Source of the DNA: Eledone cirrhosa
Taxonomy: Eukaryota
Direction: 5' to 3'
Length of the DNA stretch: 64,000 nt
Assembly: GCA_964016885.1 (NCBI GenBank)
Contig: OZ024765.1
Coordinates: 12,834,001 to 12,898,000 of the forward strand
In this document: positions 24,300-37,073 of the stretch, piece after piece
Layout of the letters: each line of letters opens with the position of its first letter
Numbering within the stretch: position 1 is the first letter of the stretch
Notes under the pieces: model-generated
Databases searched by the model: none
What the model saw: only the letters and a program-made list of their open reading frames with translations
Told to the model about the DNA's origin: nothing
Translations under genes and position numbers: made by a program

Positions 24300-26683
24300 T
24301 GGTAAAGTGAATCTGAAAAACAAAACATAGGTGCAGGGATAGCTGTGTGTATGTGTGGTGTTGATGGTGGTGGAGGAGGGCTAAAGACTTTGCAAAGCTT
24401 CACTGGTGGTTTAATTTTATCGACCTCGGAACGATGAAAGACAAAGTTGACCTTGGAGGAGGGGCTGTGATAAGAAGTACCCAGGAGTACACTTTGTAAT
24501 GAGTTGCGGGATCCAACGGAGACTATATGGGGATAAAGAGGGTTTTTTAGTCTGGCTGAGGATATAACAACCTCTGTAGTGTTGGGGCCATGATAAAATG
24601 CACCCAGTAGACTCTGTAATGGTTTAAAGAAGGAGCCATGATAAAATACTCCCAGTAAACACTGTAAAGTGGCAGTGTTGGCGCCATGATAAAATGCACC
24701 CAGTATACTCTGTAAAGAGGTAGCATTGGTGCTATGATAAAATACACCCATACACTTAGTAAAGTGGCAGTGCTGGAGCCATGATAAAATACACCCAGTA
24801 TACATACATATATATATAAGGGTAAAGGCCCCCTTCGGTCACGAATGACCATGGAATTTGCACCTAGAAAGTTCTCCTCCAAGGTACAGGTCTGGGCAAG
24901 GTTGTTTGTGGAAGACCAGAAGTCACCCATATATACCAAGGCAGTGGAGAAAAACCAGAGCCAGAGGGTGGTTGAAGGCAAGATGATGCAACAATCTGAC
25001 ACAATACCTTTTGCCCCACAGGGCCTAATATGGCCAGAGATAAGAAACAATTGAGGTCAACCAGGGAAGGCCCTGGATTTGGGATATGTACACATACGCA
25101 TCCAGCTGTAGAAAACACGCCAGACAGTCCACACTGTAATGTGGCCGTGTAGGCAACACGGTAAAAACCTCCCAGCCCCACACTGTAAATGTGGTTGGTG
25201 TTAGGAAGGGCATCCAGCTGTAGAAAACCCGCCAGACAGTCCTATGCGAGCAAGACAACCACTCTTGCCTCAAGTGGGGAAAACCCCCGTCCAAACCCAT
25301 GCAAGCGTGGAACAGGGACGTTAAACGATGATGATGATGATGACACACATACTCAACAGGCTCCTTACAGTTTCCATTTACCAAATACACTCACAATTGA
25401 ATCAAACGCTTTTGTCTTTGATAGAAAAAAAAAGTTAACTTAAAACTCATAAATTTCAGATAGAAATTGACTGAGGATAATGGCTCAGTGGGTATACACC
25501 TTGATTAAATGTTATAATGTATCTGTTTGATCATGGGTTCAATCCTCGATTGCAGTATTTATTTAATTCATTTTTTTTAAAACTTGGTAATGTTTAATGG
25601 CTAAGGGGTTGGGCAATGTCTTTGGCCATTACAGGCCTATTGCAGTCTAAACTATTGCAGCAGTACTCCTTCGAGGGGAAAACCCGACTACGAATCTTCT
25701 ACAGCCTGACCTCCTGGGTGTTGGACATAACACGATTGATGAGAGGTGAGGCGAGTACCTGGATGAGATCGGCTGGCGACTAGCAGGCTCCATGGAGCAG
25801 AGACAGGGGGCCACGTGAGTACTTGGATGAGGGCGGCTGGCGTCCAGCAGGCTCCAAGGACAGAGACCATTGTGGTAACATAAGAAGAGGGAGGCAGAAA
25901 ACAGCTCGTCTTGAGACAGACCAGAGAGGCTGGAAGCTGTCAAGAGAGTGACATCAAAAGCCGGTTAGCCGCGTGGATTTCTCTGGATCCAGTCTAAGAA
26001 GTCCATGTGTGCAAGCAAAACTAGCCGGGGCCTATATGTAGGAGGGAGCCATGTAACTATGACAACCAACGTCAGGTCATGTATTAATAAATCAGTTATA
26101 TACATATATATATGATCTCACGTCTAAACGACTTGAGCTCAACCGTTGAGCACTAAATATTTACAATATATATATATACGAACACACACACATATATATA
26201 TACTCAGGTTTAATGGCTAAATGGAATCACCGACGCACTTACAGGATCATCGAGTCTGTGAGTATCCAGGTGAAACTCTAGAGTAACAAGGCTCACCACT
26301 TAGCTATAATAAATGAACATTTAAACTCTACGCCGGTATTGAGTAGTCATTCTCACATGCGTTAATACACGGATATATATATATATATAGTGCACCTGAG
26401 CACTGTACACAATGATTTCATTATTATTATTATTATATATACACACACACACTTATATATAAATATAAATTCACCGATAATCGTATTTCGGTTGGTAGAA
26501 AAAGCGAAACGAAACGCAAAATCGTAGAAATGCTGGCAAGCGCTCCAATAGTTAAGAAAACTAGAGCTAAACAATATGTTAAAACGCCATACAAACTGAA
26601 AAGTGGTGAAGAAGGCATTAACCACCTAAGCCAAAAAACAAATCATGCTAAACAGGTCAAACAAAATATATAAAAATACTTAC

Positions 26684-26900
26684 AGCTGACATCCGAAGAA
26701 ATGTATTGTTTATTTGTGATTATAGCACTTTTGTAATCTTGCTGAGAGAAGATCTCTACTTCCGTTTCGATGCTTTGTATTAAAATCCCTTTGTAGTATA
26801 TGTCTTACCGGAATTGTCACTCTGGCCATCAGAACTCCAGTGAACGAGTGGTTTTTTCGTTGTACACACGTAACCAGAGATTCTAACAACCCAGAAATGT
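26684..26900 (-). promoter_or_regulatory. Candidate non-coding first exon / promoter of ERCC5
   Basis: Donor-like CT|GTAAGT at 26683; unique sequence with ETS-like CGGAAGT (about 26758-26764) and CCGGAA. The acceptor at 24313 requires an upstream exon. The start position is a guess. Confidence 0.45.
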
Positions 26901-27284
26901 ATGATATATAACGAAAATAAAAATTAAAATACCCTTTTATTTTTTTTGTTATTAATTCCTTATAGATGAATGCAAACTAGTAACCGGTGACATTTCAATA
27001 AACTTCAATGGTTTTGTACGTTTGTAATAAATTTCTTTCACAAGGCATGGCATAGTGTGGTATGGTATGGTAACTCCAGGTGGAGTCGTAGGAGCGCCGT
27101 TTGACATATAGCGTTTCTTGGACATTTTAAGCCTGACCACAGCAGATTTCCAGAGAAGGATAGAATACAATGCTAAAGATAGAAAAACCCCGCATCCTCA
27201 ATTACATAAAACAAGGGGCGTTGGATTTTTTAGCTAAGAGTTTTTGAGGCAAGCTAATACATACGTAATAATACCATGGGTGAT

Positions 27285-27882
27285 ATCGAGGCTAAGGTGC
27301 TGGAATAACCAAGTACCCTCAGCAGGGGCATCACGTGAGAACACGGTACAGCAAGGCTAAGATACTAGAATAGCCTTGCATCAGTAAGGCAGTTTGTTAG
27401 CGGGGCTAAGGTACTGGAATAGCCAAGTACCCTCACTAAGAGCATCACGTGATACATTGATAAGGCTGGCGATGACGAGGCAAAGACACTGGAATAAGCA
27501 AGTGCCCTCATCAGGAGCATCACCTGATACATCGGTATGGCATGGTGATAGCGGGGCTAAGGTGCTTAAATAGTCAAGCACCTTCACCAGGACCATCACC
27601 TGATACATCATTTATGCTGGATGATAGGGAGGCTAAAGTACTGGAATAGCCAAGCACTCGCACCATGAGCATCACGTGATACATTGGTAAGGTGAGGCTG
27701 AGACACTGGAATAGCCAAGCACCCTAATCAGAAGCATCACCTGATATATCGGTAAGGCGAGGCTAAGACACTGGAATAAGGAAATACCCTCATCAGGAAC
27801 ATTACCTGATATATTGGTAAGACAGGGTGATAGCAGGACTAAGGTGCTGGAATAGTCAAGCACCATCGCCATGACTATCACT
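27285..27882. repeat. Degenerate 50-76-bp tandem repeat (~9 units)
   Basis: Recurrent ggctaaggtgctggaatagccaag..ccctcatcaggagcatcacctgatac. Confidence 0.8.
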
Positions 27883-28206
27883 AACCTAATCTAACATTGT
27901 TGCTCTATACATGAGGTGTGTGTGTGTAAATATATGTATATATAGGAATTTAATACAGAAGTAAGGTTACCAAAACAATGGCTGAAGACCACTGAAATAA
28001 ATTCGGTGACTTTTGTATATTCTGTGTCTATATATATATCCTCCTCGTCATCATCATTGTCGTTTTAATGTCCGCTTTCCTTGCTAACAAGGGTTGGATG
28101 GTTTCATGTAAACCAAATCATAGAATGCTTGCCAAACAAGGGTTTGGGAGGACCCTTCAATTTGTGTCAAAGACATGACAACCTCCCTAGTGTTGATGAT
28201 CTACAC

Positions 28207-28499
28207 CAGGCATGGGCAACCTTTTTCGAGAAGCGGGCCGCATGAGATAGGGCTCGTCATCAGGTAGGACGTAAGCACTAATTTACATTCGTGCCCACAT
28301 TAAAAAAAAAGGGAGGTAACTCAGGTTGTTTTGATTTGTTTCTTCAGAATTCGTACACGTTGTTTTCCTCGACCGTAAAAGTGATAGAAAGATAAATTAC
28401 GACTGAAAAGTCGGAGTAAAAAAAATCAGAAAGATTTCGCTTAGGTGACTTAGGCGAGCCATTCAGAAAGCTTCGCGGGTCGGAAGTTGCCCATGACTG
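28207..28499. mobile_element. Non-autonomous hAT (Charlie/Buster-like) element
   Basis: TIRs caggcatgggcaac / gttgcccatgactg; perfect 8-bp TSD atctacac at 28199-28206 and 28500-28507. Confidence 0.88.
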
Positions 28500-28831
28500 A
28501 TCTACACGATAAAAGCACCCTGTATATGCTGTAAATTGGGTGATGTTAGGAAGGGCATTTAGCTGTAGAAAGCTTACCAAACAAGGGGTTATGAGGACCC
28601 TTTAGTTGTGTCAAAAAGCACAGCAACTTCTCTGCACTCGATTTGACCATACGTAAATGGGATACAGACCCCTTGGTCTGTCTGGGAGGTCAGTGATCCC
28701 GCTTCACTATTGACTTAGTTTATTTAGACCTGTCAAACCCTTGCTCGCAGGGAAAGTGGACGTTAAATGATGATGATAACACATCTCTCCACCACACACA
28801 CACACACTCTCTCTCTCTGTATATATATATA

Positions 28832-28912
28832 TACAGAGTGTCCGCCAAAAATGTATACATACTTCGACAGCATTCTAATAAATATATGTATATATTTTGG
28901 AGGGACACCCTA
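28832..28912. mobile_element. Tiny mariner-like MITE remnant
   Basis: Imperfect TIRs ta-cagagtgtccgccaaaaatgtataca / tgtatatattttggagggacaccct. Confidence 0.45.
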
Positions 28913-29082
28913 CACACACACACACACATATATATAAAGAGAGAGAGAGAGTGAGAGAAATATATATGTGTGTGTATATATATATGTGTGTGTATGTAAA
29001 AGATAAACAGAAATAACAACACAATCGGTACAGTATATGGAAGGAATATATTAGGTTAACGCTTGAAATAGCAGGAAGAGAG

Positions 29083-29118
29083 TCTTAACGTTTCGGAAGC
29101 CAGTCCTTCATCAGAAGA
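29083..29118 (-). ncRNA. Minimal hammerhead ribozyme motif
   Basis: tctt-CTGATGA-aggactggcttcc-GAAA-cg-TT-aaga; palindromic ACGT stem III. Confidence 0.78.
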
Positions 29119-29439
29119 AATAATGAGAAATTAGAAAGATTCACTGTGCTCGGGATGAAAAAGACAATCAAAATAAAAAATAAATAAATAAATCGGCTTT
29201 TCATAGCTATAATGTGTTGTGTGTACTTGACTGTATGTGTGTGTATAAGAAATTTATTGTAATTTTCTCCTCTCAGTCAAGTACATACAACATATTATAG
29301 TCATGAAAAGCTTGTTTATTTATTTATTTTTTATTTTTATTTTTATTGTCTTTTTCATCCCGAGCACAGTGACTTCAGGACCCTATTATATAACGGTTGT
29401 ATTGAACAAGTTGTAATTTCGGGGTGACATTTGACTGCG

Positions 29440-29636
29440 ATATGCAGCACATCTAGTTATCACGTGGGAGATTTCCTCGTTGGCTCAGAGTTGTCTCCCT
29501 TCGTTTACGTTCCAATCAGAGAGAGAGAGAGAGAGAGCCGACATTGCACACACTCATTTGTCAACAAACAGGTTGTTGTGCTGTCGGTTGTTTATAAAAC
29601 AAACAGAGACCCGTTTATACCAAACATTCCGTAAGT
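29440..29636 (+). promoter_or_regulatory. Candidate promoter and first exon of a + strand gene
   Basis: E-box CACGTG (29461), CCAAT (29512), GA tract, then donor CC|GTAAGT at 29631. Confidence 0.4.
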
Positions 29637-30173
29637 ATTACCCTATTATAACATTACCTTCAACCTATTTATATCTTTATTCACTAACTCTCTTCTTTTG
29701 CAGTGTTACTAAATTATATATATATGTATGAAAGCTCAATTAAGCTTGAAGACCGGTTAAATGTATTCACCACTTTTTGAGTTTGGTATGTTTACATGTG
29801 TATATACATTAAACGTGTATAAATATATACACATATCAGTCTTGGTTTCTTCTATTTTGTATATATACGAATATAACATTTTATATATAGCTATATACTT
29901 CGGTTACACAGCGCACAAATTAATATATATTTTTATATATTCCGTAAGGTAGAGATTTTATTCACGGTTGTATAAAAAACATTACGAATATGTTTTAAAT
30001 ATATACATAAAAACATTATAAATTGCGAGCAATGTGTGTGTATGTGTATGTGTGTGTGTGTGTGTGTGTACTCATTACATATAAACAATATATATTGATA
30101 ATGTGTCTCGGTACAAAGTTCAATAAACGATATATAACAGGATATATCGATTGAGAAACAAACTAGATCCGAC

Positions 30174-30217
<44 letters not shown>

Positions 30218-30382
30218 TATCCCGGGTTCAATCGGGGGTAACCATAGTAATTAAGGTACTCAATACATAGCAGTATATATATAAGTGTTTCCGTAGGAAA
30301 GGTAAGGGAAAGGAAATGAGAGTGCTCTATGTAGGCTACAGAGCTATTTAGTTATGTAATAAACAACATAAGACAATTATTC

Positions 30383-30449
30383 CATTTACCAAAGGTTTCA
30401 CGAAGACAGACGAGCTCGACAAAGACGTCTGAAATCGCTCATCAGAATG
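30383..30449 (-). ncRNA. Minimal hammerhead ribozyme motif in a PLE-related remnant
   Basis: catt-CTGATGA-gcga...tcgt-GAAA-cctttgg-TA-aatg; the 3' flank (aatggaataattg.cttatgttgtttattac ... tacatagagcactct) matches the large PLE 3' end. Confidence 0.82.
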
Positions 30450-31129
30450 AAATTTTATTTGAAGTGGATGTGAGATATGGATTTAAAAACAAGGGCTAAA
30501 ACAATTGAAAGCGAGGCTGATATAAAATAAAATAACGGACGTAATGTATTATTCCCCATTACATTACGTCCGTTATTTTATATCAGCCCCGCCTTAAATT
30601 ATTTTGGTCTTTGTTTTTAAATCCATATCTCACATCCACTTCAAATAAGAAGTCATTTTTCTCTATTTTCAAATACATCTTACTGTACCAAGTTATTTCC
30701 TTTATTTTCCGCTATTATAAATGGCGATACCTTTTAAATTATATTTTTTAATTTCTATTCTCCACGTAAAGGGACTTTTTTATTTGTATTATTCCTGAGG
30801 CGGTGATGAGTGAAATTACTTAATCAATCGAAATTAACGATTATTGATTACTTCTTCTGGTCACCTTAACGTCTGTGTAAATGAGGTGATTAATCTCATT
30901 TGCATATGAAGCTGTATAAATTGGCTCAACTTTTAATAGAATAGAATTGGAATTTAGCTTCGAGCGTAGCCGTATACAGATATGTATTGGAATTTCGTAT
31001 TTCTAAAGAAATACGGTATGGTTATAAATAAACATTTAAAAAGCCATAGCTATGCAAAAACACATCGACGATTGTCCCCCTTGCTTCTGCTGGACACCGC
31101 CAGGTGGCGATAGCATGCATGGTATAGTC

Positions 31130-31870
31130 TGCCTTTCATTTTGAGAGTAAAGCATTTTGTAGCTAGCAGTGGTAGTAGCTCCCTGAACTTCTTCCATCCC
31201 GTTCTTACTCTGGCTACTGTACTTTCAGAACACCCATCTCTACTGCTAATTTGGTTACCCAGGTAGCAGAAGCTGTCTAGTGTTTCTACCGAGCCCTCCC
31301 AGAATTTGGTAGTGCTTGTTTCCTGTGGCTGTTTGCTGCTTACTGTCCTGCTGCAACCACTACATGTAAAGCCTACATTCTTAGCTAAACTTCCTGAGAT
31401 CTCACTACATCTCTTCTGTACCCATGCATTTGAGGCAGAGGCTGGAATTTCTACCTAAACTTTTCCTACATACTTAGCAAGGCCATTTTCTTGAGGGGAT
31501 CAGTGTTCTGTTTTCTCTTCTACTTACTAGGACTTTAGTCTTTGTCTGGGTGACTCTAAGACCCCTTGTTTCTAGGTCTTGCTTCCTGGTTTGGAATTTC
31601 TTCTCTAGTTCCGCCATAGATTCCACTATGAGTGTGAGATCATCTGCGTACAGGAGTTCCCACAGACAGCTGGTCTTAGACTCCTCTGTTATAGGCTGAG
31701 TACGATGATAAACGGGAGAGGGCTAAGAACAAAGCCCTGGTGGACGCTAACCTGCATGCTAAATTCCTCGCTATAGTCATTGTTAATCCTAACTTTGCTG
31801 ACTGCTCCCCTGCTTGTACAGCCTTCACAAGCCACCCATTTACTCCCAGTTTTCTAAGAGCCCACCAGAT
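31130..31870 (-). mobile_element. Degenerate RTE LINE fragment
   Basis: WWALRKLGV..WLVKAVQ, WELLYADDL, KFQTRKQDLETRGL; frameshifted homologue of 43921-45017. Confidence 0.8.
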
Positions 31871-33638
31871 TATATATAGCATATATATGTACAAAGCGAA
31901 ACTTAAAATCAGTAGGCACCTCTTAACCAAATATACACACCCATCCTACTACCCCTACTCCATCCTCCCACCCCCACCAACACCACCCCTTTCTCTAAAA
32001 AGTTATGTTGGTACCATAACATCCAGTCCAAAATAAATGAGGTCGTGTAGGTGTCACGACAAAAAAACATACAGTCCACGCTGTAATGTGGCAGTGTAGG
32101 TAACATGTTAAAAACCTCCCAGTCCACACTGTAAACATGGTTGGTGTTAGGAAGGGCATCCAGCTGTTAAAATCCTGCCAGACAGTCCCATACGAGCGAG
32201 ACATCGTCACCCGACCAATCTTGCCTCAAGTGGGACAATTCCCGTCTAAACCCATGCTAGCGTGGAGATAGACGTTAAATGATGATGATGATGATGATAT
32301 ATATATAGTATAAACAAAGTCTCATACCCTTAACATGTATGTGCTACCATTGGTATTTATAAATGGGGTTCCTCTGAAGGGTCTTTGGAGTAATATTACT
32401 AGATAGGGTCTGTAGTTCGGAGGTCAGAGAGCCACTACTTCTCTGCATTGGGATCACAGCTCTGGTACTATGGATATGTAGTTAGAATGTCTAAGGAAAG
32501 AATTCAGCTGAAATAGGGTTCCTCCGAAGGGTCTTTTGAGTAACGTTACTTGATTGTGTGTGTAACTCGGATATCAGGGAGTCACTCCAAGTAGAGTCAC
32601 TATTTCATTACCTCGAGATATCACAGATCTGATAGCACAGACAAAGTTTAGAATGTCTCAGGAAATAGTAGAGACCAGAATCACTGGACAGATTTTAAAA
32701 GCAAAGCCAACCAGCTGTAGATCCTGAGGTAGACCATGAGCAAGATGGTTGGATAGCATCCATAAGTTTGGTTGCCCTCACTTGAAGATCCAGCTGAATC
32801 ATTTGAAGAAGGTTTTATCTGATAGGACCCTCTCGATGCCTTGTCTGAGGAGTCTGTCCCCATGACCCTCTCAGGGATAAGTGAGTTAAGAAGAAAGGGT
32901 TTCATAACTGTATATCTGTCCTTCCTATCACCAATCACTTTATAGAATGGACTGGGTACATTTTCATGAAACCACCAGCACTAGGACTTAGGATCATAAT
33001 GTCATCGGTTCAATTCCTGGACTGGGTTGTGTGCTGTTCTTCAGCAAAACATTTCATATCACATTGCTTTAGTATACTCAGCTGAAAATGAGTACTAGCA
33101 GTAGCTGGGAGTTTAACCCTACAATGGACTGGCATCCTGTCCAGGGGGAAGTCTTGTACTCTCAGTTGCTTAACTTTTAGCACGCTAGTAATTTTTAGGA
33201 GTTGTTTCCCTTGATACTACATTAACTATTAAGGGGAGATTACTCTATGGTGTATTTGGTCACCTCCAGTGCTCTGAAGGTTAACATTACACAAACTGGG
33301 ATAAGCACCAGCCCGAATAGCCTCCAGATTCAAGGCAGACTTTAGACGAACTCTAGTGGTATCAACTGTTGGGTCTAAAGATTGTCCTCTAGCCTGTATT
33401 AGTTTTTTTTATTTCAGAGTTACTGTGTTCCTAGACAGGTTGCCTTTACTATGGCTTGCAGAGTCCTTGCCTTTTTTTTTACACTGCAGCAAAAAGAGCA
33501 TAAGGACCACACACCTTTGACATTACTGTATTGTATTCTAAGAACTAGTTCCAGAGTCATGGGTCCCTTAACCCTTTATCATTTACATTACTCTATATAT
33601 ACTATTGTATTTTTGAGGTAAAGGTTTTATCTCACATT

Positions 33639-33772
33639 CCGTATTTCCTGGCGCCGAAGATGCCAAAAATTTGAAATAAAATAATAAACAACCTCTGGCC
33701 TCCAGGACACATGGTAGATTTTTTAGACTTATTTTAGGAAAAAAGTAGCGTCTTCAACGCCAGGAAATACGG
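33639..33772. mobile_element. Tc1/mariner (pogo-like) MITE nested in a TTAA MITE
   Basis: TIRs ccgtatttcctggcg..gaaga.gc / gcgtcttc..cgccaggaaatacgg, followed by TA. Confidence 0.75.
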
Positions 33773-35214
33773 TAATTATCTCACATAATTATCTCACATA
33801 ATTATCTCACATAATATCGAATCTATGAGATTTTGATGTTATTCATTTTGAGAACAATACCTTAAAGTCAGCATGAGTGGCCAGTTACTCCCAGTTTGAA
33901 CAGAAAGAGGTGAGAGAACTCTGGCCGGATATGGCTGGTTTAAATCCTGATGGAGTTTTAGGGACTTTGTCCTTAGATAGAGCACATCATGGGCATTTAA
34001 ACCTAGTCTAGCCCAGTCCCTCTCCATGAATGAACACAGCTGATTTCTTCCAGTCGGAGGGTGGGATGGGGTGGGAGAATGTTCCCAGTCTTGTTTCCAG
34101 CCGTGATAGACATAGCCAGCTGCTAAGAGAGCCGGTGGAGGCTGGGGTGAACACGTCTGGCTTCTGTCCATAAAGCTTATTGAGCAGACTATTAATAATA
34201 ATGATGATAATAATAATGCTATAATTATTTTTATTGCTTCTACCACCATTACTACTTCTATTGTTGCTACTACTTACTACAATTCCTGTTACTACTACCA
34301 CTACTACTACTACCACCACTACAACTAATAATAATAATAAAAATAATTATTTGCTATGAGTGATTTCTGACTTTTAAAAATATCTTAATTTAAATTAGGT
34401 TTTTCTTTTTTTTCTTTTTTGAAAAAATTAAAGAAAAACGAAAAAAAAAGAAGGCAAATCTGCTGTTGCTGCCCCCCCCCCCCCATCCACATCCACATCC
34501 ACACCACTTTCCTCTCTAACCCCATGAAACCTGGCAATATTGTGTGAATTCTCTTGGATTCTTTGGAATTCCTTTGAAAGTATTTGAGAAATGTAAAAAC
34601 TTTCTATACCACCGTTACCATTACCATATATATATTAAACTAGTGTAAGAACTGGTATTGATGGGAATGGTATTAGCTGACAGATTTAGAAGTATTTTTA
34701 TGTTTTATATTTTAATTTCCAAGGTTATAGTGCTGTAGGCGGCAAATTGGTGAATTGGTAGTCGTTAGAATGTCAGCTAGTCGGCAAACTGGCAGAGTCG
34801 TTAAGTCGTCGGATAGAATGCTTTACAGTATTTGTCCCACCTCATTGCGCGCTCTGAGTTCAAATCCCGCCGAGGTCAACTTTGCCTTTCATCCTTTCAA
34901 AGTCGATAAAAAACGTACCTGTCCAGTACTGCGGTCAATTCTTCCTCTATAGAAAAAAATCGGCTGTGTTCAGACCTGGAGAGGGTTGGACTCCGCCAGG
35001 TTTAAAGGTGCCCTATATACGCTGTATGATGGTGCCTCTACGACTCTACAAGGAGTTATGGGATGTTTATCCTTTTTATCCTAGAATGTCAGCTATAATG
35101 CTATGTAGCTTTTGTTTTGATGTGGACGAGTGGAAGTATGATGGCTGAGTGGTTAAGAAGTTTGCTTTGCAATCATTGGGTCCTGGGTTTGATCCCACTG
35201 CTTGGCATCTTAAC

Positions 35215-35735
35215 CCTTTAGTATTTCAGTAATCAGAAGAAGGGAGGTAGGCATAAGAGCCAAACTTGCTGTCTTCAATTCGGTTTACGTGCCAACCCTT
35301 ACCTATGGTCATGAATCCTGGTAATGACTGAAAGAATATGATCACGAATACAAGCAGCCGAAATGGGGTTCCTCCGAAGGGTCTTTGGAGTAATGTTACT
35401 TGATAAAGTGTGTAGCTTGGAGATCAGAAAATCACTCCAAGCAGATTCGCTACTTCTCCGAATTGAGGGATCACATCTCCGATACTCAGGGCATGTGGTT
35501 AGAATGTCTCAGGAAATAATTGCTAGGCAGATCTTACAGGTGAAACCAACAGGTAGGACACCCAGGGGTAGACCCCAAGCAAGATGGTTGGATAACATCC
35601 ATGAGCTTGGCTGGTAATGCTTGGGGATCCAGCCAGATCAGTTGGAGACAGTTGCTTCTGACAGGACCCACTGGAGGGATGTTTGAGGACTCTGTCCCCA
35701 CGACCCTCTCAAGAATAAGTTGGCGAAGAAGAAGC
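35215..35735 (+). mobile_element. RTE-like LINE 3' fragment (second family)
   Basis: LTYGHESW, QAAEMGFLRRVFGV, GHVVRM, GRPQARW; related decayed pieces at 32350-32900 and 20615-20735. Confidence 0.75.
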
Positions 35736-37073
35736 ATTTACATTATTCTATATTTGCTATTGTATTTCATGGAAAACACTTTATTTCACATAATTATCTC
35801 ACATAACATCAAATTTATGAGATTTTGATATTATTTATTTTGAGAACAATATCTTAACATCATAAGTATGAGTAGCCAGTTACAGCTGGTTTGAATAGCA
35901 AAAGGTGAGATAATTCTGTCCAGATACGGCTGGTTTAAATGCTAAAGGGTTAAACCAGCTATGTTTGGCCAGAATTTTCACTTCTTTCTGTTCAAACCGA
36001 CCATAGCTGGCCACTTGTACTGATATTATGGTATTTTTCTCAAAATAAATATCAAAATCTCATAGATTCAATATTATGTGAGATAATTATGTGAGGTAAA
36101 GTGTTTACTGTGAAAATACCATAGTATATATATAGAGTAATGTAAATGATAGAGGGTGAAGCAAGTGATGTTTACCATAGCTTCAGGTCAACTTGTGCTT
36201 TATGAGCAGAATCATAACTAGGGAAAATAGCCCCAATGACAAGCAGTGAAATTACACCCCTGCCCAGCACTGTATTTCTACCTTTGGGCCTAATAATTTA
36301 TATAAATGGTTTAATCATCCAGCCACTGTAGTGTTCTCACCCGTGATAATCAGAGACACATCATACATCTGAAGCAGTTTCTTTTTTCACTCTCCGATGA
36401 GGCTTATTTGACTTTAATAGAACGTGACCCTAGTCCAAGTGGCGCCCCCTTTCAAGTGATACCCATGGCACGTGCCATACTTGTTTAGTGAATTGGTCAC
36501 AGGGTTATTTACTTTTGGTAAACGCCACTGCAGGCCAACCACTAATTAAATTCGATAAAGATATAATAAGGTTAACAAACTCGCTCATAAGTGAACTGTC
36601 CAAGAGCCGGTCGCCAAATAAGCCAAGATGTCTCTTTTCTCCCTCCTTTATAATCCCTAGACCGGAAGTTCAAGGAATCTTCTAGAATTCAACGGGAAGT
36701 AACTCCAATTAGTTTTTTCTCCCCGGGCAAGGTGGCGCGAGTCGCTACACTTGCTATACCCTAGTTAGACTTTTGCTTATGAGGGAAATTGGATAGATAG
36801 AAACTATTTGGAAGCCTGATGGATGGATTTTACCTTTAATTCAAAGGGCTTGCCTTGATGCACAGTCACACTGTATCATCTTCATCAAAGAGAATTATGT
36901 TAAGGATACACGAGTCTGTGGAATGCTCAGCCACCTAGTCAGTAATACAGTAGTAGTAGTAGTAGTAGTAGTAGTAGTTGTTTAAACCCAGGTCAACCAT
37001 GATTCAGCAGACCTATGATGAAAGGTAGTGTTAGCCATAATAATAGTTTCTGTTGTAGTACTGGTAATACTGT

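Noticed and set aside
26215-26300. Possible further hammerhead (GAAA-ctctagag-TA with an upstream stem)
   Set aside because: The CUGANGA core and stem I are missing; at most a truncated remnant.
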